DNA from: Prorocentrum cordatum
Lineage: Eukaryota
Direction: 5' to 3'
NCBI GenBank assembly: GCA_963575745.1
Contig: CAUYUJ010000001.1
Coordinates: 2,914,001 to 2,978,000, forward strand
Length of the DNA stretch: 64,000 nt
Position numbers and translations under genes: made by a program. The notes beneath the pieces are model-generated. The model saw only the letters and a list, made by a program, of their open reading frames with translations. It ran no database searches and was not told the origin of the DNA. Shown piece by piece: positions 24,591 to 35,933 of this stretch; positions within the stretch are counted from its first letter, which is position 1, and each line of letters starts with the position of its first letter.

Positions 24591-25499
24591 GGGGGCCGCG
24601 GATCAGGCGGCGGGGCAAGCAGCAACCCAGGGCGTCTGAGAGGCCAGGCGGTCGTGCAAGCTGCAACCCAGGGAGTCTGAAAGGTCAGTCACCCAGGAAG
24701 CAAAGCGGACGCGGCCAAAATGGCGCGCCGTACATTCCCAGTCATGGGTCGTGACAACCGACAACCGCATGGTGGTGGGAACCAAACCCCGTGCGAGAAA
24801 GTCAGCCCAGGGAGTCTGTCGGGTATGAGCAGACCGAAAGCGTAGCTGACGTCGTCCAGCAAGGAGAAGAATTCTGACAGCGCCAGCGAACCGTCGCAGC
24901 TTCAGAATACGCATCCACGGCTGACAGAGTGAGCCTGAGGTCGAAGACAACTGAGGCAACCTCAAAACAACTGCTGAGAGATGCGCCTGCACGCAGGAGA
25001 CCAGGGATATGGTGTGCCGCAGTGCAGAAGTACACGAGTACCCAACTGGCGAGAGACACACGGTCAATCGGAAGTAAGCGTGCACCAAACGACTAAGTGA
25101 CAGCCAGCGCCTCGCAACCCACGCAACGCCAGGTCGAGGAAAGCGCTCGAAAAGGAAGAAGCTGCCGTATACCCACGTCAGCAAGCCCTTCACGGTCACA
25201 GAGTCCCAGGGAGTGGTCGCACAACGAGGTTGCGCGTGGGAGCGACGATATGGAGACCGAGTGCCCGTCACACGCCGAGACCGTGCATCGCTGTCCACAG
25301 GGTGGCATAGCACAGCCAACAGTGGGAGGCAACAGTGAACGGGGTCACGTCAGCGAGCCAGTCAGAGCACGGTGCAAGCGGACCAGGTGGGCATTCCGCC
25401 ACCACGGCGGGGCGACCCACGACAAAGGACTGCCTGTACACCACGTGACCCAAGCGAGGATCCGATCCCAGTGTCGCTCCCAGGAAAGGTAGAGATGCG

Positions 25500-26090
25500 C
25501 GGCTGAAGGCCGCAGTAACTTAGGAAGCCCAGGGAGTAGAGGCGCAGATCTGGGAATGACGGGGCGAAAACCACCAGGTCATCGGTCTCAGAGCTGCGTG
25601 CCAGGCAAAGCCTGGCAAGGTGAAACCAGCTACAGCGGGGCCAGGGGCCACTATGGCCACACGCAACGCGAGATTGCGATGCGGACGGTATTGCTGGTAC
25701 ACACACGTGGATCCAAAGGCAGGAAGTGCACGTACCAGGAGGGGCGGCAGGATGCCGCCAGGCGGGCCTGTCGTCCAAGGAGCAGCTGAAGGCCGCTGTT
25801 TGATAAAGAAAGCCCAGGGATTATAAGCGCGTCTCGGGAGTGGTCATGGTCGGTCCCGAAGCAGCATAGCCGAGCACGGGGCCACTCGGTCCACAGGTGA
25901 GAACCACTACAGCGGGGCCAGGGGCCAACTAGGGTCTGCGCGCTGCGCCCCCCCGCGCAGCGAAGCAGATGGCATTGCTGGTCGACGCACTTGGGTCCAA
26001 AGGCAGGAAGTGTGTGAACCAGGGAAGGAGGCAGCGAGGCTGCCACACGGTTGAGAGGGAACGGGAGGCAGCTGAAGGCCGCTCACAATG
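25500..26090. repeat. ~285-bp imperfect tandem duplication
   Basis: ctacagcggggccaggggcca, tccaaaggcaggaagtg and gcagctgaaggccgct each occur twice ~280-290 bp apart. Confidence 0.85.
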
Positions 26091-26145
26091 TGCAATAAGG
26101 TTGACGTCTCTGTCCACCTAGGTGCGGGATGGGTGGCGAGGGAGC

Positions 26146-29100
26146 TCAGTCTCCCCATCGATGCCTCTTTTCGCCGCGCTCGTCAGGTCTGCCTCCACCA
26201 CGCTTGCCTCCCGTCTGCCAACGGTCGTCGTGCCAGCCGTCGCTCCAGTCGCTCTGCCAGGTGCCCCAGGTGTCCCAGGAGCTCGACGCTCGGTCGCGCC
26301 AGCTGTTCTGCTGGTGGTTGCCTTTGCCCTTGCCATCTGGCCGGGTGCGACGCAGGTACTCGGCCCGCACTTTGGCCCAGTCGATGCGGTAGTCGAACCT
26401 CGTGTCCATCAAGTAGGCGTTGTATCCGCAGCCCTTCCAGTCGTCCAAAAACTTGTTGATGGTCGCGTCCGTGTGCAGCCTCGGGTCTGATTTGGGCTCC
26501 CTGGATCCAGGGAGCCGAATGCCTTGTGTGTAGGCGGTCCACAAAGCGCAGAATACTGCACCCAACTCCGTTTGGTGCCTGGTGAGGCGTTTGGCGGGTA
26601 GCTCTCCGCGGCGCTCCAAGTCCACTGTGCCCGGCCAGACCTTGTACATGGGGCCCCCATGTGAGTCGGTCAACAGGTTGAGTGTATGACGATCCGTTGA
26701 ACGAGGGTAGGTAGGCCTATGTCCAGGGACCTGCGGGTTGCGTAGTGGGGGACGACGGCTCCGCACGTCGCCCCTGTCGCGGGCGATCTCATCATAATCT
26801 GATCCCCTGGCTTCACTGGCATTCTGGTCGGTGCTAACCGGGCCACCCCAGGCAGCAGTTGGGTCGCGGTCAGAGCTGGGTTCCGAGCTGTCTGCCGTTG
26901 GGCTCCGCTGAGGCGCCTTGTCGCCTGGGCCGTCGTCGTCGACCTCCGTGGCAGAGCCCGAACAGGATACAGGGGGAGGGGACTCGTGGGGGTTTACGAA
27001 GTCGGGTGACTCCACCTTTTCCGTAAGAGGGATCGCGTCTTCACCGCTCTCGTCCTTGACAGTGTGGTCGGGCGGGTCCGGGAAACCCAGACGCGAGTCG
27101 TCGTCTCTCGTACCCGGGGATTTGTCTGCGTCGGCCGCCGTAGGGGTGCCAGGTCTGTCCTCACTCATGGTCTGCACGTGCGACTCGGCCAGGGAAGCGA
27201 TGGTCGTCGAGGCCAGGGCGTCGGCGCTGAGGCTGAATAGGAAACTCGTCAGTGTGCCCATTTCATGTCTGAACGGGCTGAGGCCACTCGCCGGGGCGAG
27301 GATCGAGGCGTGCCTCTTTCAGGACTCCTTATGCTTCTCGCCGTTGGTGAGGTGGGTGACGACCCGCGCCGCGGCCTGTCGTTTGCCCTCCCAGGTCTGG
27401 TTGGGCGGGGCACAATCCTCAGGGATGCATTCGCCGCACGCCGTCCCGAGGAACTCCGTCAGACGACCACCCAGCCAGGAGGCTTCGTCGCTCCTAGGCT
27501 CTGGGATGCTGCTGTCGCGGTTAGTGAGACAGAACTGTGGCCAGGTGTAGTCCAGCCCAGGGTGGAAGTCCTGGAGGTAGGTCACCAGGAGTCGCTGTAC
27601 GGACACGTCTCCGCTGCCCGGTCCGCTCCTGGGGTCGTCTGGGCTCAGCGTGGGGTCGTTGACGTCCCTGCTGTCCAGGAGCGGGTCCTGCGGGACTGGC
27701 AGCTCTGGCAGGAGCTCCATGAGCTGTGCTAGAGACCAGGGGGCTCGCTCGGCAGCGGAGGCAGCACCACCCGCGGCGCTAGACCCAGGGAGGTTTGTCG
27801 CTCCGGCCTCGGCGAAGCGATCTTGGGCCTTGGCGTCCGCGCCTAGCCATGGGAGAGAGCTGAATATGTCCACTGGTACCTCAGCTCCTATCTGGCTGTT
27901 GAGCGTCGGGAGGACAGGGGCCTCGGCTGGGCACAGCGCTCTGAAGTCCCTATCAAAGGATGTGGTCCAGGGTAGCAGGACTGACATTCCACACGGGGAC
28001 CAGGCAGCGTCGGCAGCACCGCGTGGCGTTCCAGTTGCGCTCCCACCAGGCTATGGCTCGCCTATCAATGGGAGGCAGCCCGGCCTGCTCGGGAACCCCA
28101 TACCCCCTCCGCTGGCTTCCATATGAAGCAGCCCAGGGGAGGGGCTCCTGTGTTCCAGACGAGGAGCGGAGCCCCTGGGGGGCATGTGTCGCACCGAGCG
28201 GAGTAGATTTGGCTCTGCGCAGCTTTGAGGCCGAACCGTTCGTCTCGGATCCGTAGGATGGGAATGGTGGTGTTGGCGCGCTCAGGGATCTGCATGCCGG
28301 TCGGCGTCATGATGAGGTCCGATAGCGACCTCGTGTCCGCCTGGGGGCTGCATCCAAAGCCAAGTGGGAGGTGACCCAGGGAGGGGAGAGCGCCCGCCTT
28401 TTCGTTGCTTGCGGCACCCGTCCTCTGCTGTTCGTGCTCCTTGACCTTGTCGGCGATTGTTGCGCCGGTTGGTGCTGGAATGCCCTGTTCCTCCAGGTAT
28501 CGGATCCAGCAGGTCTCGCAGTGCCATCCCATGTTCGCACCGTTGAGGTAGGCCTGGGGCCTGTTCTGTGCTGCCATCAGGCGCGTGCCGTCGGAGATCC
28601 ACGTGCCATCGGTGGAGCGTAGCTGGTCCTTACCGCAGCTGTCGCACTTGAACCTGCCGTTTTTCTGCTCGGGTGTCAGCCTGTCGTCGGGAATGCGCGG
28701 GGGGTCCTGCCTGGTGCCTGGGGCGGGGGTGGACGGCAAGGGGGCGTTGAGGTCGGTGTTGGATAATGCGAATCCGCCACCGATGTAGGCGAGCCCGGCA
28801 AGCCGGTCGTCGTCACCCAAGGAGGCGTCGGAACCCGCCAGCGCGACGTGTAGCGCGCACACCGAGCAGCGGTGCGTACCCAGGGTAGTCAGAGAGGCGG
28901 CTGGGACGATCTTCTCGAGGACGAGCATCGGCGCCTTCAACTGAAAGTCCTGCCTGTCCATTTCCATTTCACTCCAGGTATGCGGGCAGCCGGCTGCCCG
29001 CGCATCCGGGTGGTGGTGCGCCACCGATGCGAGCTTGGAGATGTGGGGCAAGATTGCCTCGATGGTTGGGATACGCGAAGCGTCTACAATACGGCGTCAC

Positions 29101-29422
29101 CGGCGGGGTAGTCGGTCTCGAAATCCTTCACGGAAGCGTCTATGGCATTTGCCCAGTTGAAAAATTTGTTGGAAGACGTTGGGCAATTCGCTTGGCTTGT
29201 AATATGTTGTTCAGAAAACTTCGATCTTAGACGCGCTCGCCATTTCAATATCAGCTCGGTCGGCGCATTTGTTGAAGGGGATTGTATCAATGAAGCGCTT
29301 CGTCCTGGGACAATGTTTGTTGCGCTTTCGTTGGCGGACTTGACCTCGAGTTCTAGAGCACTTACAGAGCTCTCGATGGCACCAGTGGATTTAGCTGCCT
29401 CGGAATCTTCAGCCGAAAGCAT
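26146..29422 (-). pseudogene. Fragmented long Cys-motif-containing ORF, probably the gag/ORF1-like gene of an unclassified mobile element
   Basis: Four consecutive same-strand ORFs (29084-29422, 28065-29051, 27319-27987, 26146-27261; the last two in frame across one stop); CxxC motifs CSVC, CDSC, CETC, CDTC, CGEC; GKGKG and Trp-rich tail. Confidence 0.55.
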
Positions 29423-30713
29423 CGAGGGACCTGAGGTTGCGCTATCTTCGAAAAGCGCAAATCACTGTGCAGCCGCTTGTGCTCAATCAGATACCTTTTG
29501 GTCTAAGTCTCGAGAATCAGAATGATTTCAGGGCTCTGCCTGTTCGTTCACGCGGGTACGACCAGTAGCTTCATTCTCACACTCCCAGAGACCAGAGCTC
29601 GGTCTGGCTACTCGTGCTATCATCGAAAGCAACTATCACTCTGCCAACTGTTCTGCTGCTTTGCTTGGCCCTTCTGCTGAATTTCGAGCTTAGAGCGGCT
29701 ACAGAACCCTCGATTGCAGCCACCGTTTCAGCAGCGTCGAAAGCACCAGTCTACACTGGCGAGAGACCTGAGATCGGTTTACTACTCGAGCTATCTTCGA
29801 AAACTCATATCAGTTTGCAACCCTATCGAATAGCTTTTTTTTTATCTAAACCTCGCGACTCAAAGTGAGTTCAGGGTTCTGCCTGTTCGTGCACGCGCGG
29901 GTACGACTGGTCGTCGGCCTGTTTTATCCTGGTAGTCTTTCCAGCATCCTTCCAAATATCGAACATAACCAGTGGCACTTCTTGGCATCAGCACGGAGAG
30001 GAGGTGGACTCCTGGCCCACTGCACTTTCGATCTGGTGCTGCGATGGACAGGAGAATATCTCTGGACGTGGAGGCCCATCCAGCGATCTCAAGCGGCCTC
30101 CCGCAGCCGCCTCCCTGGATGCCCAGAAGATCGCCAAACACTTTTTTGGCCGGCGGCGCAACCATCGGGGGCGCTCGAGAGGGGGGCCGTCCAAGAGGAA
30201 CTCCGTAAATCATGGCCCGAGGCATGTGCGCAGCCCAGAGGGGGGGGGGGGGGCCAAGGGACGAATTGAAATAAGAGTCGCCATGACATCTGGGGAGGTA
30301 TCATGGCCCCGGCCATGGTAGCTCCTCCTGGCAACCACCCCCCTCCTAGCCACCACCCGCCACGACCATCAGCCCCCCCCCCCGGCCGCCCCCGAAACCG
30401 TCCGATCTGGCTGTCGGGGCCTCAGCCGGGATGCGGCGGAGCGAATCGGCGACCGCGAGAGGGCGGGGAGGGGCGTCCGCAGGCGGAGGGAGGCAGGGCG
30501 GGGAGGCGCCGACTGAACACGACTCGCCCGAGGCACTCTTCGCCGGCGGCCGCTCGGATCCAAGCAGCGGCAGGGCAACGGTGGGACGAAGCGAGGCAAA
30601 TTAGGGCGCGGACAGGGAGAGGGGAAGAACGACGGGACGAACTCGCCCGCGACACCCCGAGGCCTCGAGACCCTCCCCAGCGCCCCGAGGGCGCGGGGCC
30701 TGCTCGTGGCGCG

Positions 30714-30764
30714 CTCCGCTTCGCCGAAGTCGGCGAGGGTCTCGCCGGCCCGCCTCAGCCACGC
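30714..30764 (-). CDS. Putative downstream exon of the helical-repeat gene (AWLRRAGETLADFGEAE)
   Basis: AG|G acceptor; reads like the second half of an OPR-like repeat; donor and linking exon unresolved. Confidence 0.5.
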
Positions 30765-31429
30765 CTCCGCGGTGGCGCTGCTGCGGTCCGCCCCCTCCTC
30801 CCCTTCCTCCTGGCCCCTCTCCTCCTCTCCTGCTCCTCCCCCCTCTCCTTGCCACCTGTCCCTTCCCCCCCCCTCACTCCCGCATCTCCCTTCTCCTCCC
30901 CCTCCTCCTCATCCTCCTCCTCTTCCTCCTCCTCGTCGTCCTCATTCCCTCCTCCCGTCCGCCTTCCTCATCATTCCCCTTACCCCCTCCCGTCTCCCCT
31001 CCCCCTCGCTTGACCTCACCTGGGTCTCTCTCCTCCCAGACCTCCCTCCTCATTCTCATCTCGTTCGCTTTCCTCCTCACCTGCCCTCCACAATTACTCA
31101 ATATGAAAATACTCTCCCTCTTCCCCTGATGGCGTCCGGGTGATGGCCGCGCACCCTCCGCGTACTGTTTTTTTACACACAGGATTCCCGGGAAATCCCG
31201 GGAAACGACTCTCGCTGAGGCGCCGGCGTCATTTTTTCCCAAAATGCTGCTCTCGTTGAGGCGCCGGCCTCATTTCTGCTCCCGAATCGTTCCGAATCGT
31301 GCTCCCGCTGCAGCGTGGGCCTCATTTTCGGATCGGTGTTTGGCCTCCGTCGTTCAGGATGGCGTTCTCGCCCCAGCGCGGGCCTTTTTCTCGCGCGCCC
31401 ATCCGCCCGCCACCACCGCGCCGCACCGC

Positions 31430-31590
31430 ACCGCCACCACCACACCACCACACCACCACCACCACCACCACCACCACCACCACCACCACCACCACCAGCA
31501 CCACCACCCACCACCACCACCACCACCACCACCACCACCACCACCACCACCACGACAACCACGCACACACGCACGCACGCACGCACGTGC
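31430..31590. repeat. (CAC)n and (CACG)n microsatellites
   Basis: Direct runs. Confidence 0.95.
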
Positions 31591-32588
31591 ACCACCACCC
31601 ACTACGCACGCGCGCGCGGAGCCACAGGTCCGCTACGACACGCGTCCGCGGATAGAGAAAATCAGCGCCATGGTAAGGGATGGGAGGGAGGGGTAGGACG
31701 TCAGATATGACGCGAGCGCACCTAGCTTGTCCTCCTTCCCTCCCCCCCTTCCCTCCCCCCACTACCGCCGCAATTACCTACCTAATACGAGTAACACTCC
31801 CCCCCTCCCCGACAGTGTGCCTGCGTGCTGCCGCTCCCCTTCCCCCCTGACCAATGTGCCTGCGTGCTGCCGCGTCTCTTGCGCGTTGTCTTCTGACCCT
31901 CTGAAGATTTCAACCTCTGAATATCCAATGCCGTTTTCGACTGAAATGCTCTTGCTCCTTCAGAGTGGTGCTCCCGCTGCAGAATTCGCCACCTTCCAGG
32001 ACTGTTGCCCTGCTCCCGTCGTTCGGGATGGACCTCTCGCCCAGGCGCGGGCCACAATTCGGGATCCGATGCGGCCCTCGTCGTTGACGTCCCTTCGCGT
32101 TTCCCCTCCTCCGCCCTCTGCTAACCCTCCTGCTCCCAATGTTCCTGCTCTTGATCCTCCTCCTCCTCCTCCTGCTCCTTCTCTCTGTCATGGTTCCTCC
32201 TTAAACTCTCCCACCCTATCCTCCTTCCTCCTCCCTTCCTCCTTTCCGTCCCCTCCCTCTCTCTTCATTCCCCCTGCCTTCTTCCTCGTTATCCCATCTC
32301 CACCTCCTGCTCCTGCTCGCCACATGCCTTCTCCTCCCCTCCCCTCGCGTCGCATCCTCCTCACCCTCTCATCTCCCCATCCACCTCGCCCTCCGTTCCT
32401 GCCCCTCCTTTCCTCCTCTCCAAGACCCCCTCTCCTCATCCTCCGTATTTAGTTTCCTCCTCCTTCCCTCCCCTGCCGCCGCCTCCTCCTCCTAATCCTC
32501 CTCCTCCTCCTCCTCCTCCTCTCTTCCTCCTCCTCCTCCTCCTCCTCGTCCTCCTCCTCCTCCTCCTCCTCCTCCTCCTCCTCCTCCT

Positions 32589-34900
32589 CTCAAGCATCTG
32601 TCTCGAGCAACATTGTGGCGCCGAGTCGAGCCCTCGCCGCCATGAGGCGCCTGGGGGGCACCGAGGCAGCAGCTCTCACAGGACCGCCCTTCACGGTGGC
32701 TAAGAGAGGGCGCATCGCCATGGCTCCCGCCTCGGCCCCGACGGGCTCATGGAGCATATGAAAGGGCTGCGGACGCCACGAGTGGAACACCGTCTTGCCC
32801 AAGGCAAATCGCAAGTGCTTTGGTTGCGGGCGCCTCGTCAAGCTCTGCCCCAGCAAGAAGAGCAGCGGCAGCCAGCAGCCTGGTGACGGTGCGGATGCAG
32901 CCTCCAACCGGCTCGCCCTCGCTGCTGCATCCAGCTCCACCTCGTCGCCGTTGGCGGCCTTGGAGGGGGCGCCGGCAGCCACCGTAGGACGACGCGCATC
33001 ACGGGCCAAGATCGCCAGCTTCACGGCCGCCGCGCACGGGGCCCCTTCGACTCCCGAGGAGGCGCTCCGCAGGGCCGTCGGGGCGGTCAGGGACGCGGAG
33101 CCGGCGCTCCAGCGGTGCCGGAAGAACCTCGCGCGGGCGGAGGACCTCGAGGCGGAGACCGTGCTGGCGCTCGTCACGGCCCAGGAGGCTAAGAAGATGG
33201 CGGCCCAGACTCTCGCGGCCAAGTGCGAGGTCCTGCCAACCGTCGACGCCTAAGGGCGAGCAGGCGCTCTTCGGCAGTCAGTGGGACGAGACCTCATTCG
33301 TGCTGCTCGACCAGCTCGAGGCGGAGCTGACTGAGGTAGAAACGCCCAAGCGTCTGGAGCCCGATCTTAAGGCCGCCAAGCAGCACCTCTCTTCCGAGAG
33401 CTCGGAGGCCCAGGCGTGGCTTACCAGGGCCAAGGAGCTGTGGCAGCAGATCCAGACGCGCATGGCCAAGAAGCGTAGGTGTGAGGATGAGGGCGTTGGC
33501 GGCGCGGGTGAGCGGGCCAGTCCGCAGGCCTCCGCGGCCCCCGCAGGCGTTGGTGCGACTGCGCCGCCAGCCGCGGCAGCCGCGTAGGACGCGGCCGCCA
33601 AGGAGGCGCGCCCCACGGAGGCCGCGGCCAAGCTCGCCGCCGCCAACGGGGAGGCGCCCAGGACGCGGCCAACATGCCAGTTGCTTGATCGAGGCGAGAG
33701 GCTGGCGCGGAGTGTGCCGCCGATGCCGGCAACGCCACCGCGAGCGCTGGGGGCCTTGCACCTTCTGATTGGGGGCGCGCAGTCGTCGATGCAAGATGCA
33801 GGGGAGCGGCCCGCGCTCTCCAAGGGTGGAGCCGACGCTTTTATCACGGCGGCCAACATCGCAGCCAACGTGGGGGCAAATATGCCTGAAACGGCATCGC
33901 CGCCGCCAATTGCTCGACTCGCCATCGATCCGGTCGAGCCGAGTCGCGCGCCTCTGCCAGCAAGGGCGAGCTGCGCTGGCGCCGCGCGGCCACTCGGGCC
34001 AAACTCGAGATCATGGCTTCCTCGGCAGGGCAGGGGCAGACTGTGGCCGCAAGAAAGGCGGATGGCTGGTACAAGGGATTCTATTCACGGTCTCAGCGTT
34101 CCAATTCGTCCCCCTGGAAGTTGATTCGTGACTTGCTTCAGACTCAGGGTCGCGACGTGTCGCAAATCGTGGTGCTGCAGGTGCCATCCCACATCGAGGC
34201 TGACGCCCTTCACTATTGCGGGTACCCAGTGTTTGTTGCTATTGGTCATACCATTGCTGACCACTTTGCAGGATGTGCAGCAGACTCCGTCAGGCTGGAT
34301 CCTGGCATCAGGTATCGTGTGCTCAACACATAAGCGGACGCGTCCCTTGTCAGGAGGGGCCTGCTCCGATCCACCCTCAAGGCGATGGCTGCTCGTCCTT
34401 TAGAGGCAGGCTAGATGGGGTTCGAATAGATGGGTCGGAGGATCACGCCGCATCGGCGATGCATCGCGAATACATCGGCGACGTCGGCGGAGCTTCGGCG
34501 ACGCAAGCGCGGAGGCAATCTGGCTCTACATCGAGCCGCATCGGGGATGCATCAGCGATGAAGGGCGATCCTCCGACCCGACGGACCACATCTAGGAAGC
34601 CTAGATCCTTCCCCCTCGAGGAGTGTTCCAACCAGGCCGGCTCCCCCTCCCGCCCCGTCCGCCCTCGCCCTTTTCGTTTCCGCGCATGTGCCGAACGAGT
34701 GAGGCAGGCATTGTAGCAGGTGCCATGGTTGTGCCTCTTTGGACACTCCTACGGGGTGGATGAATTCGCATTGTTTCGATTTGGAGCCTGTGAACTCTTC
34801 ATGTTTTGCCCGACTGCCGATGGGGGTTTACGGTTCACCTGGGGGGCGGTTGGATCCACCCATCGCATTTGGCCCTCATTTCCTCCTCACAATGGTGGAT
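32589..34900 (+). mobile_element. Internally deleted, decayed LINE (Zn-finger/coiled-coil ORF1 plus RNase H remnant)
   Basis: Starts right after (TCC)n; ATG ~32720 gives WSI*KGCGRHEWN...KCFGCG then helical Ala/Glu/Lys-rich sequence; WKLIRDLL...VLQVPSH...GHTIADHFA at ~34110-34270 is an RNase H C-terminal half; no endonuclease or RT found between; 3' end approximate. Confidence 0.7.
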
Positions 34901-35867
34901 TTGCTCGTGTTGTGTTTTCTCAGGAGGTGAGCAACCCCAGAAGAATGTTGCCTCTGAGTGCCCTGGCATTCTCAATCGTATCAGACGGAAGTGCCTCGAC
35001 AAATTTGTCTCCAGGGGGGGCACCAAAATATCAGGCAGCCAGCCGAGCCAAGCCATCCACTGAGCTCGTTTCGAATGTGGATCTCGCAGCGCAAAAGGGT
35101 CAATTCCATGTCATTTCATTCCTCCTCCACATCCTCCTCCCCCCCGCTTCCCTCTACCCATATGCATCCCCCTCTCCCCTCCCTTGCTCTGTCTCCTCCT
35201 ATCCCTTCTTTCTTTTTCGTTCCCTCCTGTCTTGGTGGGCGTTACAGGCGGCAAGACAACCCCTACCCTTGACTGATCATCAATCCGTTCGACGAAAAAT
35301 ACTACCAAAACGTCGAGGCACAACGGCCACGGCCCACAACACGATAACAAAAACCGAATTTCACGAGACCGGAGGCGGACAACATCCAAGGGGAGAGAAA
35401 CAGAGCGGGAGAGAGAGACACAAACACACAATAACAGCTCGATCAGGGTGGCCCGCGCGGGGCAACATCTGCAATGGGGCATCACATGTCGAACTTGGCC
35501 TCCGCTGCCAAATTCACGAACTCGTCCCTGTGTCGTTGCCAAGCTTCCCTTGCTGCCATCGCTTTTCACGCGCCTGGATATTGCTCTGCACAGAATATTG
35601 GTGGAGCCAAAGGCCCCAAAGAAAAAAACCGGAAACAGTCCGAACACGCTTTGGAACTGGAAACGACAAGGAGCGACCAAGAGATATGAGACAGAGAAGT
35701 CACTGCAACCAGAAACAGCAACACTCAACATTTTGATGTAGCCGACACCAATTCAATACAAACGGTGGACGAACTGCGCGCTGAAACATGAAAACCACAT
35801 GCACAACCTGCCCTGTTGCTGCCAGGGCCCGCGAACCCTCTGAGGACCCCTGAGAACCCACGGGTCT

Positions 35868-35930
35868 CTCCTCCTCCTCCTCCTCCTCCTCCTCCTCCTC
35901 CTCCTCCTCCTCTTCCTCCTCCTCATCCTG
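35868..35930. repeat. (TCC)n microsatellite at the 3' flank of the RTE-like element
   Basis: Direct run. Confidence 0.95.
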
Positions 35931-35933
35931 CTC

